A DNA stretch of 62,159 nucleotides, counting the filler. It is 8 parts of 8 records of this genome, joined end to end, with 100 filler letters (N's around TTAATTAATTAA, not from the genome) between each part and the next. Parts side by side here need not be neighbours in the genome. Positions count along the whole stretch, not along the records: positions 46,177 to 53,028 come from SRR31156797_37545; positions 53,129 to 62,159 come from SRR31156797_37555; 6 more parts are not named here. The stretch is one strand, 5' to 3'. The position numbers and the translations under genes are program-made. This document shows positions 50,412-59,443 of this stretch, piece after piece. The notes under the pieces are model-generated. The model was not told the DNA's origin. It saw only the letters and a program-made list of their open reading frames with translations, and did no database searches. Positions within the stretch are counted from its first letter, which is position 1; each line of letters opens with the position of its first letter.

Positions 50412-51218
50412 ATGGCTTTACTGAGGGTGGCTGGGGTGACCTTTTTGGGTTTTTGCCTGCTTTGGTCGGTTGCATTTGCGGATTCTATCGTTCTTGATAA
50501 GCGGCTTGCCGAGCCATTTAAAGATTGTGGTTACAAGGGCTGTTTTGTTTTGCTTGATGCTGAACGGAAAATCGTTTCTTCCAGCGACTTGCAACTGGCT
50601 AGTAAACCTTTGATGCCAGCTTCAACATTTAAAATTGCCCACAGCCTTATAGCCTTAAAAAGCGGAGTTCATAAGAATGTGGATTCAGTCCTGGAATGGG
50701 ATGGCAAAGATAGAGGATATAAACCTTGGAATCAGGATTTGAATCTTGCACAGGCTGTTAAGTATTCAGCGATATGGTATTTTGAGGAGACAGCTAAACG
50801 TATCGGCCGCGAGCGTATACATGAGGAGCTTTTACAGCTGGGCTATACTAACGCTGAGACCGAAGGCTCGACAATTGCTTTCTGGCTAGATGGAGATTTA
50901 AGGGTTACTCCCTTGGATCAGGTTGAATTCTTAGAGAAGTTGTATACTGGGCGTCTTCCTTTTTCACAGGAAAACCAGAAGGCGGTCAGAGATATTCTGC
51001 TCTTGGAAAAAAAGGATGATTATACTTTATGGGGCAAGACCGGATGGGCTCAGCGGGTTAGTCCGCAGGTCGGCTGGTTGGTCGGGGCGGTACAGCTTAA
51101 GGACAGCAGGATGTTCTATTATGCCACATATATTGAGTCTGCCGATCCGGGTCTAGATTTTTCAAAGTCACGTTTCAGGATTACTAAAAAGTGTTTGAAA
51201 TTGGCTGGAGTTATATAA
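50412..51218 (+). CDS. Class D beta-lactamase-like protein
   Basis: Signal peptide, PASTFK, SAI, YTN, FWLDG and KTG motifs. Confidence 0.88.
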   Translation: MALLRVAGVTFLGFCLLWSVAFADSIVLDKRLAEPFKDCGYKGCFVLLDAERKIVSSSDLQLASKPLMPASTFKIAHSLIALKSGVHKNVDSVLEWDGKDRGYKPWNQDLNLAQAVKYSAIWYFEETAKRIGRERIHEELLQLGYTNAETEGSTIAFWLDGDLRVTPLDQVEFLEKLYTGRLPFSQENQKAVRDILLLEKKDDYTLWGKTGWAQRVSPQVGWLVGAVQLKDSRMFYYATYIESADPGLDFSKSRFRITKKCLKLAGVI

Positions 51219-51219
51219 T

Positions 51220-51259
51220 AAAAAAAGGGGGATGGTCTCAGATCATCCCCCGCTTTTTT
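51220..51259. terminator. Bidirectional terminator
   Basis: GGGGGATG...CATCCCCC hairpin flanked by A and T runs between convergent genes. Confidence 0.8.
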
Positions 51260-51261
51260 GT

Positions 51262-52488
51262 TTATCTGGTATGATGGGTCCAGTATTCCACATTCGGGCT
51301 GAGGTGCAGCAGGCCGAACTCCTGACCCAGCTCAATTAGCAGAACTGCGGCGAAGCAGACGATGAGCGCCATGCCTGAATATTTACGGATGGAACCTTCC
51401 GGTGAGTATTTCCAGACAATGAATCCTGGCAGAATTCCGAAGATGATGCATTCACCGACCCCGCCTACGAGGTTGATGGCTACCAGAAAGATGTCCGGAT
51501 AGAGCAGGCCGACCAGCAGCGGGGGGATAAATGACAGGCACCAGACAACAACTTTATTTTCAATGCCGAAGTTGCTGGAGGTCAAATCGCGCATAAAGCT
51601 GAGCAGGGCTGTGCCGTTAGCCATGAATGCTGTGGACATGGCTACTACTGCGAATATCAGGGCTACATAGGTGAATACCGGGGTTTGGAGCAGTTGTTCC
51701 AGCGGGATGGTCGCCGGATCGTTCTTACCGAATGCAGTGATCAGGTCGATGTGGGTTTCGGGATTGGAAAGGGGCAATGCCCCGAGTACTACCAGCAGCC
51801 ACGTAATGTTCATTACCATGCCGATAGTTGTGCCGCCGATGATGGCAGTGCGGATTTTTTTGCGGTCATGACCCAGCGTACGGCAGATGCTGGGAATGAT
51901 ATTATGAAAATGAAAGGCCATGAGTAGTACCGGGAGACCTGCGGGGATATATGTCCAGTCAAAGGCTTCCAGATTCGGAGCGGAAACATCAGGGATAACC
52001 ATGAAGACCAGTGCACCGAAAGTGATCCACATGATGGTAACCATGTAAGGTGTGCACTTTTTCATCATCTTCATGCCGAAGGCGGTCATTCCGGTAACCA
52101 GTGCAAAATAAAGGACCATGACCACTGGTTGGGGCAAGGCTGATTGCAGGCTCATGATAATGGCCGAAATACCGCAGAGGTAAGCAACAAGAACACCGTA
52201 CAGAATGATCAGGTTGGCGACAATGGTTACCCATTTCCCGGCATTGCCCAGTTCATCGTGGAAAAATGTGGGCAGGTCCGCATTTTCGTTAGTAGTCAGG
52301 CTTTTCTGTTCTGAGTAAATCAGGGCGGTATAGGTCATAAGCACCCACATGAGCAGGGTGGCGGCAACAGAAGGATAAAACCCCGCTGCACAGAGGTTTA
52401 CCGGCAGGGCGAGGATTCCCGCGCCGAGCATGTTCCCTACAACCACGAACATCATGGACAGTGCGGAAGCTGATTTTTCCTGCGTCAT
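51262..52488 (-). CDS. Aromatic amino acid permease family (Mtr/TnaB/TyrP)
   Basis: GNMLGAGILALP and AFHFHNIIPS; about 11 TMs. Confidence 0.88.
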   Translation of the reverse strand: MTQEKSASALSMMFVVVGNMLGAGILALPVNLCAAGFYPSVAATLLMWVLMTYTALIYSEQKSLTTNENADLPTFFHDELGNAGKWVTIVANLIILYGVLVAYLCGISAIIMSLQSALPQPVVMVLYFALVTGMTAFGMKMMKKCTPYMVTIMWITFGALVFMVIPDVSAPNLEAFDWTYIPAGLPVLLMAFHFHNIIPSICRTLGHDRKKIRTAIIGGTTIGMVMNITWLLVVLGALPLSNPETHIDLITAFGKNDPATIPLEQLLQTPVFTYVALIFAVVAMSTAFMANGTALLSFMRDLTSSNFGIENKVVVWCLSFIPPLLVGLLYPDIFLVAINLVGGVGECIIFGILPGFIVWKYSPEGSIRKYSGMALIVCFAAVLLIELGQEFGLLHLSPNVEYWTHHTR

Positions 52489-52515
52489 TCGTATCTCCTG
52501 TTGCAAATCTGTTTG

Positions 52516-52551
52516 AAAAAAAGGCCGCAGAGCATAAGCTGTGCGGCCTTT
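52516..52551 (-). terminator. Terminator-like hairpin between aspA and the permease
   Basis: AAAGGCCGCA / TGCGGCCTTT inverted repeat with a T run on the minus strand. Confidence 0.65.
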
Positions 52552-52557
52552 GGAATG

Positions 52558-53028
52558 TTATTTCTTAGCGCTTTCAATAAGGTTCAATGGATGGGTGTGG
52601 ACCATGGCCTCGGGAGAGAGGGCTTTATCAAGGTCCTCTTTGGACATATATCCCTTCTCAATGACAATGTCATAAACCGAGCGTCCGGATTTTAAGGCCT
52701 CATTGGCTACTTCGGTCGATTTTTCATAACCGATGTAGGGGTTGAGCGCGGTTACCAGTCCGATACTGTTTTCCACATAGCCGCGGCAGACATCCTCGTT
52801 GGCGGTGATGCCGGAAATACAGCGGTCGGCAAGGGTGCGGAAGCCTCGGCGCATAATGGTCAGTGAATTGAGCAGGCTGGCGCCGATGGCTGGTTCCATT
52901 ACGTTCAATTCCAGCTGTCCTGCTTCGGCGGCCATGCTGACGGTAACGTCACTGCCGATGACGGTGAAAGCAATCTGGTTGACCACCTCCGGGATGATCG
53001 GATTGACCTTGCCGGGCATGATGGAAGA
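52558..53028 (-). CDS. aspA: Aspartate ammonia-lyase, 3' part
   Basis: SSIMPGKVNP signature, AGQLELNVMEP and SIGLVTALNPYIGY. Confidence 0.9.
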   Translation of the reverse strand, partial: SSIMPGKVNPIIPEVVNQIAFTVIGSDVTVSMAAEAGQLELNVMEPAIGASLLNSLTIMRRGFRTLADRCISGITANEDVCRGYVENSIGLVTALNPYIGYEKSTEVANEALKSGRSVYDIVIEKGYMSKEDLDKALSPEAMVHTHPLNLIESAKK

Positions 53029-53128
53029 NNNNNNNNNNNNNNNNNNNNNNNNNNNNNNNNNNNNNNNNNNNNTTAATTAATTAANNNNNNNNNNNNNNNN
53101 NNNNNNNNNNNNNNNNNNNNNNNNNNNN
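53029..53128. other. Artificial contig spacer
   Basis: N run with TTAATTAATTAA. Confidence 0.99.
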
Positions 53129-53377
53129 TTCAGCAAGATCTTCAAGGAAGAGATGAAGTGCAACTTCAACACCTATCTCAACCAGGTGAGGATCAACAAG
53201 AGCAAGAACCTTTTGATGAACAGCAAGTTCTCTCTGGTGGAGATAGCCGGCATGGTGGGCTATGAAGATCAGAGCTACTTCACCAAAGTCTTCAAGAAGA
53301 TGACAGGCCTCTCCCCCGGCAAGTACAGAGAGAAGAGGGGCAAAATCGATCTGAAAAACCAGGAAATCCATAACTGA
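53129..53377 (+). CDS. AraC family regulator, C-terminal HTH part
   Basis: EIAGMVGYEDQSYFTKVFKKMTGLSPGKYR. Confidence 0.92.
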   Translation, partial: FSKIFKEEMKCNFNTYLNQVRINKSKNLLMNSKFSLVEIAGMVGYEDQSYFTKVFKKMTGLSPGKYREKRGKIDLKNQEIHN

Positions 53378-53540
53378 AAACGAATTAGAGATCCCATAGC
53401 AAGATTTGGATGCTGGGATGTTTTTTCAAAAATCACTACCATTTTAATAGTAATCAGGGCCTCCCGTTTTTTCACATTTTTACCAAAATTGCCCGGAAAA
53501 ATCCAATACGATCCATCCCCCCCATAGGATACTTTTAGGC

Positions 53541-53688
53541 GTACAGGAACAAGGAAGCGGGGTGAAAAGCCCCCACGATCCCGTCACTGTGAGCAGGGAC
53601 GAACCTGAAATCATGTCACTGACCGTACAAGGCGGTTCGGGAAGGCTCAGGGGAGGTTGATCTGTAAGTCAGGATACTTGGCCCGTAC
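53541..53688 (+). ncRNA. Cobalamin riboswitch
   Basis: AGGAA-GCGGGGTGAAAAGCCCC, CCCGTCACTGTGA, GTCACTG...CGGGAAGG and AAGTCAGGATAC; upstream of a B12-binding gene. Confidence 0.88.
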
Positions 53689-53809
53689 CGGCAACCGGAA
53701 AGATTTCCCGGCCGTAAGTGAGCATTTCGCACTTCGTGGATTAAGTCGAATGTAAAAATCATTTTACTAAAGACGGAACCGCAGAAACCGGTTCCCCAAG
53801 GAGAAACAA

Positions 53810-54442
53810 ATGGCTGAACTCGAACAGATTTCCGAAATGATGCAGAAAGGCAAGGCAAAAGAGGTGAAAGAGCTCTGCCAGGAGGCCCTGGGCCAGGGCA
53901 TTGCCGCCCAGACCATTCTGGATGACGCCCTTCTGGCGGCCATGAGCATCGTAGGAGAGAAATTCAAGAACAATCAGGTTTTCGTTCCCGAAGTACTGAT
54001 CGCCGCGCGGGCCATGAACTCAGGTCTTGAGATCCTGAAGCCCGAACTGGAAGCGGGAGGAGCCGAAGCCAAGGGCAAGGTCGTGATCGGAACCGTAAAG
54101 GGAGACCTCCACGATATCGGAAAGAATCTGGTTAAGATCATGATCGAAGGCAAGGGACTCGAGGTCATCGACCTGGGCACCGATGTGGCCCCCGAAAAGT
54201 ATATTGAGACAGCAAAGGCCGAGGGAGCCCAGATCATTGCTCTTTCCGCCCTCCTGACCACCACCATGACCCAGATGGAGAACGTTGTGAAAGCCGCTAC
54301 CGACGCCGGCATCCGCGACGATGTGACCATCATGGTCGGCGGCGCGCCCGTAACCCAGTCTTTCTGCGAGTCCATCGGCGCCGACATCTACACCCCCGAC
54401 GCGGCCACCGCCGCCGAAAAAGCCATGGAAGTCGTAGCCTGA
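53810..54442 (+). CDS. Corrinoid (B12-binding) protein of a methyltransferase system
   Basis: FVPEV cap, GDLHDIGKNLV, SALLT and VGGA. Confidence 0.95.
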   Translation: MAELEQISEMMQKGKAKEVKELCQEALGQGIAAQTILDDALLAAMSIVGEKFKNNQVFVPEVLIAARAMNSGLEILKPELEAGGAEAKGKVVIGTVKGDLHDIGKNLVKIMIEGKGLEVIDLGTDVAPEKYIETAKAEGAQIIALSALLTTTMTQMENVVKAATDAGIRDDVTIMVGGAPVTQSFCESIGADIYTPDAATAAEKAMEVVA

Positions 54443-54518
54443 ATATCATGTATTCCCAGACCTGAAGACTGAAGTCTGGATCTCCGGCTTGGCCGGAACG
54501 ATATTTCGCAGTACAATG

Positions 54519-54549
54519 AACTCCGATGCCGGGCATCGGAGTTTTTTTT
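54519..54549 (+). terminator. Rho-independent terminator
   Basis: AACTCCGATGC / GCATCGGAGTT hairpin followed by a T run. Confidence 0.85.
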
Positions 54550-54607
54550 GCCCCTCCCGTTATCATCATCAGCATCAGTAGCAACCGCAGTATTCTAAGG
54601 AGCAGGT

Positions 54608-55648
54608 ATGGACATAAAGAAAGAGGATTTCGGCACCCTTCCCGACGGGACGAAGGCCGAGCTGTATACCCTGGAGGGAAATGAGGGCTTGAGCGTCCAG
54701 GTCACCAGTTTCGGTGGGATCGTCACCTCCATCCGCTGCCCTGATAAAAACGGCAGAGTCGAAGAGATCACCCTGGGATTCGAAACCCTTGAAGAGTACC
54801 TGGACAGCCGCTACTACTTCGGCGCCGCCATCGGCCGCTTCGGCAACCGTATCGCGGGGGGGCGCTTTTCCCTGGACGGACAGGAGTACGTCCTGCCCCG
54901 GAACAACGGACCCAACTGCCTGCACGGCGGCCTGGATAACGCCTTCGACCGGAAGAACTGGCAGCTGACCCCCTTCAGCAAATCCGACAGGGTCGGCCTT
55001 GTCCTGACCGGCTTCAGCCCCGACGGAGAGGAGGGGTTTCCCGGAAACCTGTCCGTCACCATGACCTACAGCCTGCGCTCCGACGGCACCCTCAGATTCG
55101 ACTACAAGGCGACAGCGGACAAGGCCACGCCGGTCAACCTGACCAACCACAGCTACTTCAATCTGGGCGGCATAAACAACGGCGATGTTCTGAATCACAG
55201 ACTGACGATGGACTGCCCCTGGTACATCCCCGTGAACGACGCACAGATCCCCACGGGCGAGATCCTCTCAGTGAAAGGCTCTGTTATGGACTTTACAAAA
55301 GAGGAGAGCCTGGGCGCCCGCATCGCCGATGTGGAGGGAGGCGGTTACGACCACTGCTACGTCCTGTCTCCGGGCAGGGGGATGAGGAACTACGCCGCCG
55401 TCTGCGATCCCGTATCGGGCCGCTGTATGGAAACGGCCACCGATCAGCCGGGCGTACAGCTCTACACGGGGAATTTCCTTGACGGCGTTCCCGGGCGGGG
55501 CGGACAGAAGTACGGAAAGCACTGGGGCTTCTGTCTGGAAACCCAGCACTACCCCGACTGCGTGAACCAGACACAATTCCCGGGCTGCGTACTCAGGCCC
55601 GGGGAGCTCTACACCCACAGCAGCAGCTACCGCTTCTTTATCCGCTGA
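54608..55648 (+). CDS. galM: Aldose 1-epimerase
   Basis: GRFGNRI, LHGG, NLTNHSYFNL, YDHCY and CLETQ. Confidence 0.96.
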   Translation: MDIKKEDFGTLPDGTKAELYTLEGNEGLSVQVTSFGGIVTSIRCPDKNGRVEEITLGFETLEEYLDSRYYFGAAIGRFGNRIAGGRFSLDGQEYVLPRNNGPNCLHGGLDNAFDRKNWQLTPFSKSDRVGLVLTGFSPDGEEGFPGNLSVTMTYSLRSDGTLRFDYKATADKATPVNLTNHSYFNLGGINNGDVLNHRLTMDCPWYIPVNDAQIPTGEILSVKGSVMDFTKEESLGARIADVEGGGYDHCYVLSPGRGMRNYAAVCDPVSGRCMETATDQPGVQLYTGNFLDGVPGRGGQKYGKHWGFCLETQHYPDCVNQTQFPGCVLRPGELYTHSSSYRFFIR

Positions 55649-55672
55649 TCCAGCGACTGAATACATCTAATG

Positions 55673-55710
55673 GGGCTTTTGCAGAAGGTAAATTGCAAAA
55701 GCCCTTTTTT
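55673..55710 (+). terminator. Rho-independent terminator
   Basis: GGGCTTTTGCA / TGCAAAAGCCC hairpin followed by a T run. Confidence 0.8.
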
Positions 55711-55746
55711 AATAAAAGCCCCGCATAAGATCTGCGAATGAACAGG

Positions 55747-55774
55747 CTTACAAAAATCTTACAAAGCTCTTACA
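55747..55774 (+). promoter_or_regulatory. Three CTTACA direct repeats at 11-bp period (OmpR-type site)
   Basis: CTTACA at 55747, 55758 and 55769 upstream of the VWA-HK-RR operon. Confidence 0.65.
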
Positions 55775-55847
55775 GGCAGCTGAACAATCGGACCCGACAG
55801 AGGGATATAGTTAAAATATATTCCTATAATAGAGGGAGGGAGGAGAG

Positions 55848-57173
55848 ATGAAATCTTCCGTACTGAAAATTGCGATTACGATTCTCGGACTTATTGTATC
55901 GACTGCTCAACTGTCCGCTCAAACCGTGGAACTCGATGTATCGGTGACGAACTCCTGGCTGATTGCCGATGAAAGCCAGAAAACCTATCTGAAGGTCGGA
56001 TTAACCGGTTTTGAACTGGCGGACACTGAAGAGAGAGCCCCTTCGAATATCGCCATCGTTCTGGACAGATCCGGCTCCATGGAGGGCGACAAGATTGAAA
56101 AAGCGATTGAGGCCGCCATGCTGGCAGTTGATATACTGAGTGAAAAAGACATTCTGTCTATCATTACCTACTCCGATTCGGTGGAAGTCCTTCTACCGGC
56201 TACGAGGGTGAGGGACAAACTCTCCATCAAGAGAAAGATTGCCTCCATTTTCGCCGATGGCAGTACGGCCCTTTTCGCCGGCGTCAGCAAAGGTGCTGAC
56301 GAGCTGCGGAAATTCTATGACAGAAACAGTGTGAACAGAGTTATACTGCTTTCCGACGGACTGGCTAATGTCGGGCCGGACAGCCCTGCGGCCCTTGGAG
56401 ACCTGGGAGCGTCCCTGAGAAGAACCGGCGTATCCGTCACAACCATTGGACTCGGTTTGGGGTATAATGAAGACCTTATGGTTCGCCTGGCCCGGAAAAG
56501 CGACGGGAACCATGCGTTTGTCGAGAACTCAAGAGATCTGGCCAGAATATTTGAATATGAGTTCGGGGATATCCTCTCGGTGGTCGCCCAGGATGTGAAT
56601 ATTGAGATACGGTGCAAAGAGGGCGTCCGTCCCGTAAGAATCCTCGGAAGGGAGGCCGATGTTATCGGCAACAGGGTGTATACTTCATTGAACCAGTTGT
56701 ACAGCAAACAGGAGAAATACCTTCTCCTGGAGGTGGAAGTGGATCCCTTCGGGGAGGATGAGTCGGTGCAGATCGCGGATGTCCAGATGAGCTACAGCAA
56801 TATGCTGACCAGGAAAACGGACAGCCTTGAGGGCTCCGGGTTCATCAGATTCACAAAAAGCCGGGAAGTGGTGGAAGAGAATATCGATAAGGAGTCCATG
56901 ATATCCGTTGTCACCCAGATAGCGGCGGAGAAGAGTGAAGAGGCGCTGCGCTTGAGGGACGAAGGGAATATAGATGAAGCCCGGGCCGTTCTCAGCGCGG
57001 GATCGGCATACCTGAACACCCAGGCCGAGCTGCTGGAAGCTCCGGAACTGGCCGGATACGGAGAGGAGTTCGAAGACGACGCCGCATCCATTGCCGATGA
57101 GGAGCAGTGGAATGCCACCAGAAAGAAGATGCGGGATGACCAGTTTGAGGTTCAGAATCAGCAGAGTTACTAA
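55848..57173 (+). CDS. Exported VWA domain protein (YfbK-like)
   Basis: Signal peptide, MIDAS DRSGSM, LLSDG and TIGLG. Confidence 0.9.
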   Translation: MKSSVLKIAITILGLIVSTAQLSAQTVELDVSVTNSWLIADESQKTYLKVGLTGFELADTEERAPSNIAIVLDRSGSMEGDKIEKAIEAAMLAVDILSEKDILSIITYSDSVEVLLPATRVRDKLSIKRKIASIFADGSTALFAGVSKGADELRKFYDRNSVNRVILLSDGLANVGPDSPAALGDLGASLRRTGVSVTTIGLGLGYNEDLMVRLARKSDGNHAFVENSRDLARIFEYEFGDILSVVAQDVNIEIRCKEGVRPVRILGREADVIGNRVYTSLNQLYSKQEKYLLLEVEVDPFGEDESVQIADVQMSYSNMLTRKTDSLEGSGFIRFTKSREVVEENIDKESMISVVTQIAAEKSEEALRLRDEGNIDEARAVLSAGSAYLNTQAELLEAPELAGYGEEFEDDAASIADEEQWNATRKKMRDDQFEVQNQQSY

Positions 57174-57182
57174 GGGAAGGCA

Positions 57183-58721
57183 GTGAAGAAAAGACTTCTT
57201 TTCATATTCATACTCATCACCCTGATGCCCATCACCGTTATGACGGTGATGGGTTTTTACACCTTTAAAGACAGCCAAAGGCAGGAAAGGGAAGAACAGA
57301 GAGAGAAAGCCGCTGCCGTTCTGCTCAGCCATGACAGGCTTATGCAAAACCTCTTGAAACAGATAGAGACGGAGCTGGATGAGCTGGAACTCGCCCCTGA
57401 GATCCCCCCCGGAGATTTGAGATCAGCTATGAACAGAGAGAGGCTTGTCAAACAGGCATTTATTCTGGACTCATCCAATACCTTTATCTATCCGTCCCCG
57501 GAGGGCGAGATCAGCGGAAGGGAAAGGGAGTTTATCCATGAGGCCCGGAGCATTGATCTTGCCTCCGCCCTGAGAGCCGGGATATCCCCGGGCGAGGGCG
57601 GCGCCGTTCGGTCTCACTGGTACACCTGGTTCATGGGGGACGGCATCAATTTTATCTATTACCGTGTGGAGGATGACATGCTCAAGGGCTTCCTCCTGGA
57701 ACGCTACGCCCTGGTTTCCGCTCTGATCAATGTCCTGCCCCCCTCGGTGGGAGAGGATGACAGCTTCCGCATACGCCTGACCGATGCCAGAGGAGACATC
57801 CTCTACCAATGGGGCCATTACAGAGTCCGTGAGTCCGAGGAGGCCCTGAGGGAGTACTCGCTCAAAGAGCCCCTGGGCTCATGGCGCTTATTCTACTACT
57901 ACAATGAAGACCATAAGCAAAACAGGGAGGCCCGGCGGAACAGCTTCTCTCTTCTTCCGGGACTGGCTCTGTTTACCCTTCTGATCATTATCCTTTCCCT
58001 CTATTTTTACACGGAGAACAGCAGGGAGATGAAAAGGGCGCAAAACCAGGTGAGCTTTGTGAATCAGGTTTCCCATGAACTGAAAACTCCCTTGACCAAC
58101 ATAAGGCTCTATTCCGAGCTGCTGCAGAACAGACTGAGTGATCCGGGAGAACTGGATCATCTGAATATCATCGTAAAGGAAGCGGGACGGCTGGGAAGGA
58201 TGATCAACAATGTCCTCACCTTCAGCCGCGGAGAACGGGGAGAACTGAAAAAGAGGATCGAAGCCGTAAACCTGAACGAACTGATACGGGAGACCCTCGG
58301 CAAATTCATTCCCCTCCTGGAAGAGAAGGGTATGGAATATGATTTTGAGGAGATTCCCCTTCCCCCTGTCGAAACGGACAGGGATATGACCGAACAGATC
58401 CTGGTAAACCTTATGGGAAACGCCGTAAAATACGGGGCGTCGGGAGGATACCTCGGGATTCAGACGGTAATGACGGAAGAGGCCTGCCTTATATACATAA
58501 GAGACAGGGGCCCCGGCATTGAATACTCTGAAAGGAATAAGATCTTCAGACCCTTCTACCGCATAGACGACTCCCTCTCTCAAAACAGTTCGGGTACGGG
58601 AATCGGCCTGTCCATAGCCAGAAGGCTGGCTGAGGAATCGGGCTCCCTTCTCAAGCTGGAGAAGTCTCGAGGAGGCGCCTGCTTTTCACTCACCATACCC
58701 GTTAAGGACAAAGGGCAATGA
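57183..58721 (+). CDS. Sensor histidine kinase
   Basis: Two TMs, SHELKTPL, NAVKY, DRGPG and GTGIGL. Confidence 0.94.
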   Translation: MKKRLLFIFILITLMPITVMTVMGFYTFKDSQRQEREEQREKAAAVLLSHDRLMQNLLKQIETELDELELAPEIPPGDLRSAMNRERLVKQAFILDSSNTFIYPSPEGEISGREREFIHEARSIDLASALRAGISPGEGGAVRSHWYTWFMGDGINFIYYRVEDDMLKGFLLERYALVSALINVLPPSVGEDDSFRIRLTDARGDILYQWGHYRVRESEEALREYSLKEPLGSWRLFYYYNEDHKQNREARRNSFSLLPGLALFTLLIIILSLYFYTENSREMKRAQNQVSFVNQVSHELKTPLTNIRLYSELLQNRLSDPGELDHLNIIVKEAGRLGRMINNVLTFSRGERGELKKRIEAVNLNELIRETLGKFIPLLEEKGMEYDFEEIPLPPVETDRDMTEQILVNLMGNAVKYGASGGYLGIQTVMTEEACLIYIRDRGPGIEYSERNKIFRPFYRIDDSLSQNSSGTGIGLSIARRLAEESGSLLKLEKSRGGACFSLTIPVKDKGQ

Positions 58722-59395
58722 AAATACTGATAGCCGAAGACGATCAATATACCAGGCAGGGGCTCCGGGAGATCTTTAAGACAGAGGGCTATGAGACGGT
58801 CTGTGCCGAAAACGGCGAGGAAGCTTACGAGTTATACCGTTCGGAAAATCCCGATCTGCTCTGCCTGGACATTATGATGCCCCTGCTGAACGGCTATGAT
58901 CTGTGTAAGAAGATCCGCAGGGAGAACAAGAAGATCCCTGTGATATTTATAAGCGCCAAAACAGAGGAGATCGACAAGGTCGTCGGTTTCGAACTGGGGG
59001 CGGACGATTATATCATAAAGCCCTTTGGAGTGAGGGAGGTCCTTGCCAGGGTAAAAGCGGTATGGAAGAGAAGCGCCCCCCCGACTGATTCCGAAGAGGA
59101 GTGTTTCCTATTCGGCCATATCCGGATCGATTCGGGCAAACTGCAGGGCCTGACTGAGGACGGGACGATCAGCTTCACCCCGCGGGAGATGAAAATCCTT
59201 CAGTTTTTCTATCACAACAGGGGGAATGTCCTTACCAGAGATCAATTGTATGACCACGGCTGGGGCCAGGCGTATCTTCCCACATCCCGCTCTCTGGACC
59301 AGTTTATCTCCCAGTTGAGAAAGAAGATTGAGATTGATCCGCTCCGCCCCAGCCTGATACAGACCGTTCCCACGGCCGGTTACAGATACCCTTAG
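58718..59395 (+). CDS. OmpR-family response regulator
   Basis: Receiver (AEDD, LDIMMP, KPF) plus winged helix (SRSLDQFISQLRKKIE). Confidence 0.95.
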   Translation: MKILIAEDDQYTRQGLREIFKTEGYETVCAENGEEAYELYRSENPDLLCLDIMMPLLNGYDLCKKIRRENKKIPVIFISAKTEEIDKVVGFELGADDYIIKPFGVREVLARVKAVWKRSAPPTDSEEECFLFGHIRIDSGKLQGLTEDGTISFTPREMKILQFFYHNRGNVLTRDQLYDHGWGQAYLPTSRSLDQFISQLRKKIEIDPLRPSLIQTVPTAGYRYP

Positions 59396-59443
59396 GAGGC
59401 TGACGGACTTCATCAGCTCCTAAACGCACAGTCCGGCAGCCTC

